A DNA stretch of 64,000 bases, taken from contig CBDCZS010000003.1 of NCBI GenBank assembly GCA_965224625.1, positions 42,661 through 106,660 of the forward strand, written 5' to 3'. Below the pieces are notes generated by a model, which was not told where the DNA came from, ran no database searches, and saw nothing but the letters and a program-made list of their open reading frames with translations. Positions 55,531 through 64,000 of the stretch are shown here, in pieces (position 1 is the first letter of the stretch; every line of letters begins with the position of its first letter). The stretch comes from Bythopirellula sp. (GTDB taxonomy: Bacteria > Planctomycetota > Planctomycetia > Pirellulales > Lacipirellulaceae). The position numbers and the translations under genes are program-made.

Positions 55531-56568
55531 TCAGCTTATCACGCTACCATTGGGAGCTAGCCGCACAACATCTTTGGGCGGCACGCCCGTCGTTTGGTTG
55601 ATCTCTAGCGTGGCGTGCAACACTTTGCGTAGCGGTGGGCATTCTAGACCTTTAATTTTCCTGCCAAGCCAGATACCCGCTTCCATACCGATTTCATACG
55701 TGTCCTGATAAACAACGGTCATCGTAGGATGCACGGCGTGGCGTTGCATTCCATCATCGAATCCGACGATCGAAAGATCTTCGGGAATCTTCAAACCGAC
55801 TTCCTGTGCCCGTAGCATTGCCCCAATTGCGGTCTTCGGATCGGTAAAGACGATCGCCGTCGGGGGCTGCGGCAGACTCATTAAACGATTCAATGCAGTC
55901 CGACCTCCGTTGATATTGGCCGAAACTTGGATGACGACGCGGTCCTCGCCATCGATCGAACGAGCTTCGCATACTTCCGTATAACCTCGATGTCGGTCCA
56001 GGTGATCGCTGTCAGCCCGTCGGTGCATCACCATCGCGATTCGCCGATGTCCTAGATCGGCCAAATGCTCGACCGCATGGCCGGTCTCGCGGCTCGAATC
56101 GCAACTGACAAAATTGACGTCGGGACGCTCGTCGAGCCGTTCTGCCAAGACCACGCTGGGGTAGTCCCCAGCAAGAATGTCTTCGCAAGAAGCTTGCTGC
56201 TGTTGGGTCGACCGGACGACGACGCCTCGCACTCCGCTACGTGCAAAATACTGAGCGTAAGATTCGTCGCGGGCTTTGCCATTTTGCAGATTGAGAATCT
56301 TCAAATCGAGTTCGCTCTGGCGCAAGCCCTCCATGACCCCATCCAGCAGCATCCAGTCGTATTCCCACAGCCTCGCATTGCCTGGCACCACATAGCCAAC
56401 GCTCGTACCCTGGCGCAGATCGACGGAGGGCGAATATCCGCTTCGCTTCGCTTCGCTAGCAACAAGATCACGGGTTGCCTCGCTGACCCCTGGGCGAGAT
56501 TTCAGCGCCCTGGAGACCGTGGCTGCCGAAAGTCCTGTTTTCCGGGCTATTTCACGAACACTAGACAT
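55531..56568 (-). CDS. LacI family transcriptional regulator
   Basis: HTH VREIARKTGLSAATVSRAL; GHRRIA, PTAIV and IPEDLSIVGFDD. Confidence 0.95.
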   Translation of the reverse strand: MSSVREIARKTGLSAATVSRALKSRPGVSEATRDLVASEAKRSGYSPSVDLRQGTSVGYVVPGNARLWEYDWMLLDGVMEGLRQSELDLKILNLQNGKARDESYAQYFARSGVRGVVVRSTQQQQASCEDILAGDYPSVVLAERLDERPDVNFVSCDSSRETGHAVEHLADLGHRRIAMVMHRRADSDHLDRHRGYTEVCEARSIDGEDRVVIQVSANINGGRTALNRLMSLPQPPTAIVFTDPKTAIGAMLRAQEVGLKIPEDLSIVGFDDGMQRHAVHPTMTVVYQDTYEIGMEAGIWLGRKIKGLECPPLRKVLHATLEINQTTGVPPKDVVRLAPNGSVIS

Positions 56569-57310
56569 AGCAAACTCGATTCCTTAGCTCAAGATTCCAT
56601 TACTCCCCCCCACAAAAGGCCATTTCACCCGCAAAAGAACTGTGGGGGAATAGGCAGTGGAGCGAGACCCAGTCGCCACATCAAAGCGTCGCCACATCAA
56701 AGCGCTGCCCCCAAAGTTCTAACACACGCTGACTTAGCGTTCTAGCGACTTTGGATTTGATGTGTTGCGGTGCGCTGCGGCAACTGTTTTCAATTCTAAT
56801 CTCAGAATCTAACGAAAGCAACGATTGGTCCTTTTTTCTCAGCAATTTTTCTAGGCCCTCACGAAGACCACCTCGCGTACCTGTCGGTAATCCCAGACTA
56901 TTTAGCTGATGGCGGTTTTTCTGCAGATTTCGGCTACTACCTAGCGATTTCCCAAAAAAAGTTCCAATTTCTGCCCGCAAAATTGTTGCGTTCGGAAAAA
57001 TCGCTGTGTATGCTGAGTGGTGTGACTGAAACATTACCGCAACGTTTCGTTTGTCCCGTTGCTTTGTTGTGGCAGTCACCCTCCCTCGGATGTCCTCGTC
57101 TTTCGACGAGGATATCGTTGGGTTCCTTATCCAATTCAAGCAGGTTGGTTTTTTCGACAGCTTTACTACTTTACCAAATTGCGTGTTAGCCCTTCCATAA
57201 ATAGCAAACAAGGCAACGCACACAACGCGAGTGATTGAATTACCTTTTGTGTTCTTCTTTGTATGGGGAGAACGTTCCTTTTCTTTGTTCTACGATGAGG
57301 ATGTGCTCTA

Positions 57311-58012
57311 ATGACTGTTTTACGATTTGTGAAGTTTAGTGCAGCGCTTTCGCTCTGCATGTTTTTGGTGGTGCCTTCTACGGCATTCGCCAACCTGCTC
57401 ACCAATCCCAGCTTTGAATCGGGTACCGTAGGCTCGGCACCTGACGATTGGGGTGCCTTTAACTTTGGCACATTTTCGACCAAAGAGGCCTCTATGCCTG
57501 TTACCGGTAATCACTCCCTTAAGATGGGTTCTGCTGGACTTGGCTCGGGTTCGACCGGTGTCTTTCAGGCCGTTTTGAACATCGTTCCAAACACGTCTTA
57601 CACGTTTAATATTTTAGCGAAGTACGATGAAAACAGCGGTTTCGGTCCTGGAGCATCGTTCGGCACAGATGATCTGCCTCTGGGAGTAAACATTCAGCTC
57701 GAATGGTTCCCCGATCCACTCGGCTCAAGCACCGGTGGCATGATTTCCGAGGATGTCCTTACGGGGATGGCCGACCCTGCCAACGGCGCTACCTATCTGA
57801 CTTCCTCTTATCAGCCTTATTCCATTACGGCGACTGCTCCCGCAACAGCAGGTCATGTCCGTGCGGTCTTTAGAGCACGGCACGTTACCCACGATGTTTA
57901 TTGGGAAGATGCCGAGGTTCTGGGGCTACAGGTTCCTGAGCCGGCCTCGCTTGGCTTGGCACTATTTGCAGGCCTTGGTCTGTTGAGCACGAGACGACGC
58001 AGCCAGCGTTAG
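57311..58012 (+). CDS. PEP-CTERM protein with CBM4/9-like (galactose-binding fold) domain
   Basis: Signal peptide; NLLTNPSFES start, YTF, and WEDAEV-like end; VPEPASLGLAL + RRR. Confidence 0.82.
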   Translation: MTVLRFVKFSAALSLCMFLVVPSTAFANLLTNPSFESGTVGSAPDDWGAFNFGTFSTKEASMPVTGNHSLKMGSAGLGSGSTGVFQAVLNIVPNTSYTFNILAKYDENSGFGPGASFGTDDLPLGVNIQLEWFPDPLGSSTGGMISEDVLTGMADPANGATYLTSSYQPYSITATAPATAGHVRAVFRARHVTHDVYWEDAEVLGLQVPEPASLGLALFAGLGLLSTRRRSQR

Positions 58013-58036
58013 TCTCTGTTCGATAGTTCTCAACAA

Positions 58037-58077
58037 CAGCGCGACCTCCAAACAGTTTGGAGGTCGCGCTGGATTTT
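58037..58077 (+). terminator. Intrinsic terminator after 57311-58012
   Basis: Perfect 35-bp palindrome cagcgcgacctccaaac-a-gtttggaggtcgcgctg followed by gattttt. Confidence 0.85.
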
Positions 58078-58474
58078 TAGTTTTCAGAATCGTAATCGGA
58101 ACAGATTAGAAACAAATCAACGGGGGATGCGCGGAGGGACAAGCAGGCAATTCTCCTGAGGATCAGGGATCGCTTGTCACTTGCTGAAGACCAGAGGTAC
58201 GGATGACGGCGTTGAAGACAGCCAATTTGAGGGCCCAAGACCTTCGTTGTTCTTTCGCTGCCGACCTCTCCGGTCAAGCCATCACCACACAAGGCCATCA
58301 CCACACAAAAATGTCCGGTTTGCTTGTCCAACGACGCGACAGACTTGACGCCTAAAGCAGAGCTTGAGGCCACTTTGGCCTCGCACCAATTTGTTCGTAC
58401 TTTGAGTTCAATTCGATAGTATTAATTAGACTGGCCTATTCTTTGGCCTAGAGACGCCTTTAAGGAGAAAAACG

Positions 58475-61252
58475 ATGTCTACTCGCTTCCATTTCGGGGC
58501 CTTCAAGCTGATCGCAGCCTCGACGATTTTATCCACGCTGCTTGCCTGTTGGACGACACCCGTCTCGGCCAATTTGCTCTCCAACCCCGGCTTCGAGTCT
58601 GGCACCGTTGGCGTATCGCCCGACGATTGGGGGGCTTTCAACTTCGGCACGTTTTCTACCCAAGAAACCGCGTTTCCTAGATCGGGCGCCCACTCTATCA
58701 AGATGGGGTCTGCTGGGACTGCCTCCGGTTCGACCGGGGTATTCCAGGCGGTTCTCGGCGTCATTCCTGGCGAAACCTACACGTTCAGCATTTGGGCAAG
58801 GTCCGAGTTTGACCCGTTCACCACCGATGACATACCGCTAGGCGTGAACATGCAGCTTGAATGGTTCCCCGACCCGCTCGGCACAAGCACTGGTGGCATG
58901 CTTTCTGAGAACGTCTTGTCGGGCATGGCGTCTACGCTAGACACCACCTATCAGCAGTACACGATCGTAGCCGTTGCACCAGCCGGTGCGGGCCACGTTC
59001 GTCCCGTATTTAGGGCTCGCCACGTCAGCAGCGCCGTCTTCTGGGACGATGCCGAATTGACGGCCGTTCTTCCGCCAGACACCCCCGCTTTTTCGATCAC
59101 CGTAGATCGCGGCACGGGCAACATCTCGCTCAACAACGTCGGAACCGGTGACGGCAGCATCAAAGAAGTCCGAATCACCTCGGCCTCGGGTGCCTTAGAT
59201 CCAATTAGCTGGACAAGCATCGCTGGCAACTACGATTCCTCGAACGGTGGCCTCGTCGATGCCGACGACAACTGGACGCAACAAACAGCGACCAACGGCG
59301 AGTTGAGAGAAACGGGCAACGACCCCAGCGACGGTGGCGTAGTCTTGGAAGGCGCGTCGATCAATCTGGGCAACGGTGCTTGGATCAAGTCGCTGACAGA
59401 AGATCTCGTCGCCGAAATTGTCTACGCAGACAACAGCGCGTTTCGAGCTGGTCTCACAAACGGGGCCAGCGTGAGCTTCACGGGCGGCCCCAACGGCGGC
59501 GACTCCTTCGAGCGAAGCGATCTCAACTTCGACGGAGAGATCGACGCGGCCGATTGGCCTCTCCTTCGTGACAAGCTCTTTACCGCCAGCATAAGCACCA
59601 CTTCCGATGCCTTGGCCTATCAGTCGGGCGATTTGAACGGCGACGAAAAAGCAGACTTCGGCGACTTCAATCTCTTCAAGGCAGACTTCAACGCAGCTAA
59701 CGGCGGACAAGGAGCTTTTGCAGCCATGATCGCCAGCGTCCCCGAACCGTCCACCTTGGCCATGTTGGCTTTCGGTGCCTTCGGACTTTCGTTCTCGAGA
59801 AAGCGTCGGCCAGCCAGCCTACTCAAGGCCGTTTGCCTCTTGGCAATCGTAGGGGTTGTTGCTCCCGCGACGACCTATGCTGCGGACGTCAATTTCACAA
59901 ATTATACGGTCGACTACTATCCGCTCATCAAGCCGGATGCTTTTGACCGGTTTCAAGTTCCTACTTACACCACGACCTCGAGCCAGGCCGTTCAGGATGT
60001 TTCTTCCAACCCTCATGTCTTCTACGGTACCCAGAGTATTCTTAACAAGCGAATTACTGGGACGATCAATCCGGGTGCGGATAACGACTTCATTGGGTTA
60101 GCCCTTGGCTACACTGCGGGTGACGTGACTCATCTAGATCCCGCCGCCAATCCAACCGGCGCAGATTTCCTCTTGCTGGATTGGAAATTCGACGACTCGA
60201 CTCAAGAAATGGATGACCCGTCTGGAGGATTCTTCTTCCACCGCCTGACCGACGCGCAGGAGGCCAAGGCGGGCGTCGCACTGTCGCGAGTCACCGGAAC
60301 CCCGAGCGGAGACGAGCTGTGGGGACATGTCGATATCGTGCCTGGATTTGGTGCCGCTGATTATGGCGGGGTGACCCAATTGCAGCGTGGTGCCGCAAGT
60401 GGTTCCACCGGCTATGTGAAAAACCAGGACCATGTCTTCGACATCACCTACACAGCCACCAATGTCATCGTCAAGATTGATGGAACCGAAGAGATCAACG
60501 TTGCGGGTTCTTTCGCAGACGGAGTCCTTGGCCTCTATTCCATGGACCAGAGCGAGGCGAATGGCGCACCCACTTACTCCAATTTCAAGGTCACAAACAT
60601 CGGCGAGGGCCTGCTCACAGCGGTGGTCAACACCTTGTCGGGAAGTGTTACCCTAACCAACACGACCGCAGATGCGATTACACTCAACGGCTATACGCTG
60701 GAGAGTTCCTCCTCTTCGCTCGACGCGGGAACTTGGAACAGTCTTCAGGACCAAAACCTTACCGGATTTGAGGCGGGTAACGGTACGGGCAACGGTTGGG
60801 AAGAACAGGTCAACTCGAACGATGCGATTTTGATCGAAGCCAACTTGGCCAACATTTCCACCCTCGGAGCTGGCCAGTCGGTGAGCTTAGGTTTGGCTTT
60901 CGATACGAGCGGCTCGCAAGATCTGGCCTTCAACTACGACGAAGGCAACGGCCTCGTTTCGACCGGGTTGATCAGCTATGTCAGCTCGCCTGAAGATGCC
61001 GACTTCGACAGCGACAGCAAAGTCGACGGTGACGACTTCCTCACCTGGCAACGTGGCTTTGGCAATGGGACGACACTAGCCACTGGCGATGCAAACAACA
61101 GCGGGAATGTCGATGCAGCCGACCTTGCCATTTGGAACGCACAGTATGGCACCGGAGCTTTGTCGGGTGCCGAAGGCGTTCCCGAGCCAAGCTCTGCTTT
61201 GATGCTAATTTTCGCCGCGTGTGGTCTCGGTATTTCCCGATCACGAAGGTAG
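58475..61252 (+). CDS. Two-module PEP-CTERM protein with an internal PEP-CTERM + second signal-like helix and a terminal PEP-CTERM
   Basis: SD aaggag. The N-terminal domain is paralogous to 57311. Internal VPEPSTLAMLAFGAFGLSFSRKRR-PASLLKAVCLLAIVGVVAPATTYA at 59738-59881; terminal VPEPSSALMLIF..RSRR; dockerin-like motifs precede both PEP motifs. Confidence 0.87.
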   Translation: MSTRFHFGAFKLIAASTILSTLLACWTTPVSANLLSNPGFESGTVGVSPDDWGAFNFGTFSTQETAFPRSGAHSIKMGSAGTASGSTGVFQAVLGVIPGETYTFSIWARSEFDPFTTDDIPLGVNMQLEWFPDPLGTSTGGMLSENVLSGMASTLDTTYQQYTIVAVAPAGAGHVRPVFRARHVSSAVFWDDAELTAVLPPDTPAFSITVDRGTGNISLNNVGTGDGSIKEVRITSASGALDPISWTSIAGNYDSSNGGLVDADDNWTQQTATNGELRETGNDPSDGGVVLEGASINLGNGAWIKSLTEDLVAEIVYADNSAFRAGLTNGASVSFTGGPNGGDSFERSDLNFDGEIDAADWPLLRDKLFTASISTTSDALAYQSGDLNGDEKADFGDFNLFKADFNAANGGQGAFAAMIASVPEPSTLAMLAFGAFGLSFSRKRRPASLLKAVCLLAIVGVVAPATTYAADVNFTNYTVDYYPLIKPDAFDRFQVPTYTTTSSQAVQDVSSNPHVFYGTQSILNKRITGTINPGADNDFIGLALGYTAGDVTHLDPAANPTGADFLLLDWKFDDSTQEMDDPSGGFFFHRLTDAQEAKAGVALSRVTGTPSGDELWGHVDIVPGFGAADYGGVTQLQRGAASGSTGYVKNQDHVFDITYTATNVIVKIDGTEEINVAGSFADGVLGLYSMDQSEANGAPTYSNFKVTNIGEGLLTAVVNTLSGSVTLTNTTADAITLNGYTLESSSSSLDAGTWNSLQDQNLTGFEAGNGTGNGWEEQVNSNDAILIEANLANISTLGAGQSVSLGLAFDTSGSQDLAFNYDEGNGLVSTGLISYVSSPEDADFDSDSKVDGDDFLTWQRGFGNGTTLATGDANNSGNVDAADLAIWNAQYGTGALSGAEGVPEPSSALMLIFAACGLGISRSRR

Positions 61253-61279
61253 GCGGTAAGCCTTGCAAGCAAACTGAAT

Positions 61280-61311
61280 GAATGGTCCCTCTCTACCGAG
61301 GGGCCATTCTT
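61280..61311 (+). terminator. Probable terminator hairpin after 58475-61252
   Basis: gaatggtccctc / gaggggccattc stem with one G-U pair; weak T tail. Confidence 0.5.
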
Positions 61312-61375
61312 CAGATTGAAGCTAAAAAAATTGGGTGACAACACCAGCGAAGAGGGGCGTGTCCAAGGAACTTTA

Positions 61376-62950
61376 ATGGAACGAATAAACTGGCTTTATC
61401 CTCTAGCGTTTCTCTCCGTGGGACTCTGTCCAACGTGTGCGCTAGGGCAAGTCCCCAACCTGCCTGGCTGGGACTTGGTCTGGAACGACGAGTTCGACGC
61501 TTCGGGCGTAGACACCGCCGCCTGGGAGTTGCTTGATCGCAAAAATAGTTTCAACAACGAAAAGCAATACTACCGGCCCGAGCAGATCTCCACCGACAAC
61601 GGAAATCTGCGAATTACGGCTACCGACGTACCCCTGGATGGAAAAGACTATCGCTCGGGCCGATTATGGACAAGAGACCAGTGGACTTATGGTCGTTTTG
61701 AGGCGAGAATAAACCTGCCGACCACTCAAGGTTTGTGGCCGGCCTTCTGGCTCAATTCTCGCGTTGCCAATTGGCCCACGGGTGGTGAGATCGATATTAT
61801 GGAAAACCGCGGCAGCGAACCCTATCGAACTTCGAGCGCCTACCACTGGGGATCCAGCGTTTCTGCGCACCAATTCACGAGCGATCCCTACACGGCCACC
61901 GTCGGCGGCAACCCCGTCAATTTCCATGACGGGTTTCATACCTATGCTGCCGAGTGGGAACCCGAGGAAATTCGTTTCTATGTCGATGGAAACTTGCACT
62001 TCACCGTCACCGACACGACGGCACCCATTCATTCGACGCCCAAAAGCGTCATCCTTAATCTGGCCGTAGGCGGCAACTTCGGCGGCGACCCCGATGCGAC
62101 CACCGTTTTCCCACAGCATCTCGACGTCGATTACGTCCGCGTTTGGCAGCGCCCTGGTGCCATCCCTGTCTCGACAATCAACTCTAGCTTCGAGACCCAG
62201 TACGACGCTTGGTCGCGTTTCAATAACAGCAACAACAACGTGGTCGTCAGCAGCCAAGTCGCCGCCCAGGGTAGCCGTTCGCTAAAACTTTCAGGCAGGT
62301 CGACCGGTTCGTTCAACTTCTCGGGAGCTACCCAAAGCATACCCATCACCGGTGGCACCAAGCTACGGGCCAACGTCGAATCCCTGGTGAGGTCGTCCGA
62401 CTCGATCGTTGGAACCGGCAACTACGCCAAGATAAAGCTGGAATATTACAGCCAGTTCGGAGCCTCTCATAGCTCAGCAGACTTTCTCGGTGAAACCGAG
62501 TTGCGCCTAGCAGACACCACCTCTCCCGAAGACGTTTGGGTCGGTCACGAATTACTCGATGCATCGCCGTCAAACGCCGTCGAAGCACGGATGACCTTTA
62601 TCTTCCTACAACCGGGCCTCGAAGATGGGTCGGTCTATTTTGACAACGCCCTGCTCGAAGCACTCCCTTCGGCCGATTTCAACCTGAGCGGCAGCGTCGA
62701 CGGCAGCGATCTGGTCCAGTGGCAAAACAACTACGCCACAGGCGGGGCTAGCACAAGCGATGCCGACTACGACGGCGATACCGATGGCGCAGACTTCCTG
62801 GCCTGGCAGCGGCAACTGGAAGCCGGCACAGCCACCGCCTCGGCCTCGAGCACCATCGTGCCTGAGCCAACCTCAACTCGAATAGCAGTTGCGTTGATTT
62901 TTTTCCAATTACTCTACTTGTCAATTGCTCGTACACACACCATAACCTAA
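61376..62950 (+). CDS. Glycoside hydrolase family 16 (beta-glucanase-like) with CBM-like domain, dockerin-like motif and PEP-CTERM tail
   Basis: ATG 61376 after gga; LVWNDEF, YGRFEAR, GLWPAFW, catalytic ExDxxE (EIDIME), [16 protein letters not shown] and VDYVRVWQ; VPEPTS + TM. Confidence 0.92.
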   Translation: MERINWLYPLAFLSVGLCPTCALGQVPNLPGWDLVWNDEFDASGVDTAAWELLDRKNSFNNEKQYYRPEQISTDNGNLRITATDVPLDGKDYRSGRLWTRDQWTYGRFEARINLPTTQGLWPAFWLNSRVANWPTGGEIDIMENRGSEPYRTSSAYHWGSSVSAHQFTSDPYTATVGGNPVNFHDGFHTYAAEWEPEEIRFYVDGNLHFTVTDTTAPIHSTPKSVILNLAVGGNFGGDPDATTVFPQHLDVDYVRVWQRPGAIPVSTINSSFETQYDAWSRFNNSNNNVVVSSQVAAQGSRSLKLSGRSTGSFNFSGATQSIPITGGTKLRANVESLVRSSDSIVGTGNYAKIKLEYYSQFGASHSSADFLGETELRLADTTSPEDVWVGHELLDASPSNAVEARMTFIFLQPGLEDGSVYFDNALLEALPSADFNLSGSVDGSDLVQWQNNYATGGASTSDADYDGDTDGADFLAWQRQLEAGTATASASSTIVPEPTSTRIAVALIFFQLLYLSIARTHTIT

Positions 62951-62975
62951 CCACCCTCGAAAGAAGGAACCAGCT

Positions 62976-63971
62976 ATGACGATATCTAGAAAACAAAACT
63001 CGTCGAGTGTTCGGCACGGTTTTACCCTCGTAGAACTCTTGGTCGTCATTGCGATCATCGGTGTCTTGGTCGCCTTGCTCTTGCCCGCTGTCCAAGCCGC
63101 AAGAGAAGCAGCGCGTCGCGCCCAATGCCTAAACAACATGCGACAAATCGGCCTGTCGATGACCAACTACGAGAGCGCCAAGGGAGAGCTACCCGCCGGA
63201 CGTTACCTCTGTGGTCCAGAATCGGCAGGTGTTTCGGACGGCATTTGCAACAACGAACGCGTTTCTCTAAGTGGCTTTTGGATGATCTTGCCTTACATGG
63301 AACAACAGGCTCTTTACGACAGGATCGACCTGAGTGCTGAGCTATTTAAGTTTTCCCCGGAAATCGATAAATTTCACGACATCTGGATTTCGGTGCCGGC
63401 GCACCAAGAGTTGATCGCCTATCAACTCGATGCTCAACGCTGCCCAAGCGATGACGGAGAGCCTTTTCGCCGAGATGAGGCCGACGAAGTAGACATGGCA
63501 ACCGGCAGCTACGCGATGGTCCACGGTACAAACGGACCCTCCTTAGGTTTCGATTCCAAGGTCAAGTGGTACAACACGGGACCCTTTGTCTATAAAACGG
63601 CCCGAGAACTACAGCAGGTCGCCGATGGACTGAGTCGAACCATGTTTGTGGGCGAAGCGTCCGGCGGCCATACTGATGAAGGTCGTAACCGTTGGATGCA
63701 CGCGGCGCGGCACTTCGATTCGTTGCGCACCACCGAATTTGCCCTCAATACGCCTTTCGATTACAAATTAGGAGCCTGGGCACAAGCTGATGGCACGCTT
63801 ATGAACGGGGCGTTCCGCAGCCGTCATCCGGGCGGAGGCAATTTTGTCTATGGCGATGTCCACGGTCGATTCATCCCTGACGAAGTCGATCTGCAATGCT
63901 ATCGTGCGATGTCAACCATCGATGGAAATCCAGAAGACACCGAAGTGCTTTGCGACGAGTCCGATTTCTAA
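62976..63971 (+). CDS. DUF1559 protein with prepilin-type N-terminal motif
   Basis: [40 protein letters not shown]; DGLSRT..VGE; [15 protein letters not shown]. Confidence 0.93.
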   Translation: MTISRKQNSSSVRHGFTLVELLVVIAIIGVLVALLLPAVQAAREAARRAQCLNNMRQIGLSMTNYESAKGELPAGRYLCGPESAGVSDGICNNERVSLSGFWMILPYMEQQALYDRIDLSAELFKFSPEIDKFHDIWISVPAHQELIAYQLDAQRCPSDDGEPFRRDEADEVDMATGSYAMVHGTNGPSLGFDSKVKWYNTGPFVYKTARELQQVADGLSRTMFVGEASGGHTDEGRNRWMHAARHFDSLRTTEFALNTPFDYKLGAWAQADGTLMNGAFRSRHPGGGNFVYGDVHGRFIPDEVDLQCYRAMSTIDGNPEDTEVLCDESDF

Positions 63972-64000
63972 TAGAAACCTTTCTAATAGAAACTGAGCCT

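Noticed and set aside
56960-57050. LacI operator candidates (cgcaaaattgttgcg; gcaacgtttc)
   Set aside because: Only imperfect short palindromes, not distinguishable from chance without a profile or comparative data.
61249-61265. ops/JUMPStart-like ggcggtaag
   Set aside because: It does not match GGCGGTAGnnTG and is not upstream of the glycan cluster.
1-64000. tRNA, rRNA, transposase, integrase or cas genes
   Set aside because: None recognised. Nearly all sequence is explained by protein-coding genes, and the intergenic gaps show no cloverleaf or known RNA motif that I could identify.

Overview
This is a 64 kb protein-coding region from a bacterium, most likely Planctomycetota (Pirellulales/Lacipirellulaceae-like). 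That placement is inferred from three DUF1559 genes, a PVC-type heme protein, ASPIC/UnbV, and many dockerin-like PEP-CTERM proteins. Left to right: a sugar catabolism/regulator block (0-9 kb); an ACT + histidine decarboxylase operon and a beta-helix PEP-CTERM gene, the decarboxylase and the PEP-CTERM gene each split by a single +1 frameshift (9-12.3 kb); an array of secreted beta-helix, DNRLRE-like and PEP-CTERM proteins (12.5-25.2 kb); a TPR-sulfotransferase followed by a membrane-anchored FG-GAP/ASPIC-UnbV protein (25.3-30.2 kb); more sugar-acid catabolism (30-36 kb); a tandem DUF1559 duplication (36-39 kb); a surface-glycan cluster with gmd, fcl/colC-like, colD, GT9/10/11/2/4 and methyltransferases (39.5-52.6 kb); esterases, LacI, and a second PEP-CTERM/GH16/DUF1559 block (52.6-64 kb). 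The top observation is four tandem histone-fold-like repeats (two doublets) in the N-terminal half of the exported ASPIC/UnbV protein; each aligns without gaps by eye to archaeal HMf helices 2-3. Other highlights are a probable GDP-colitose pathway, a beta-helix/transglutaminase-like fusion, and a two-module PEP-CTERM polyprotein. I saw no rRNA, tRNA, CRISPR array or transposase. All family calls come from motif recognition by eye; no database searches were run.
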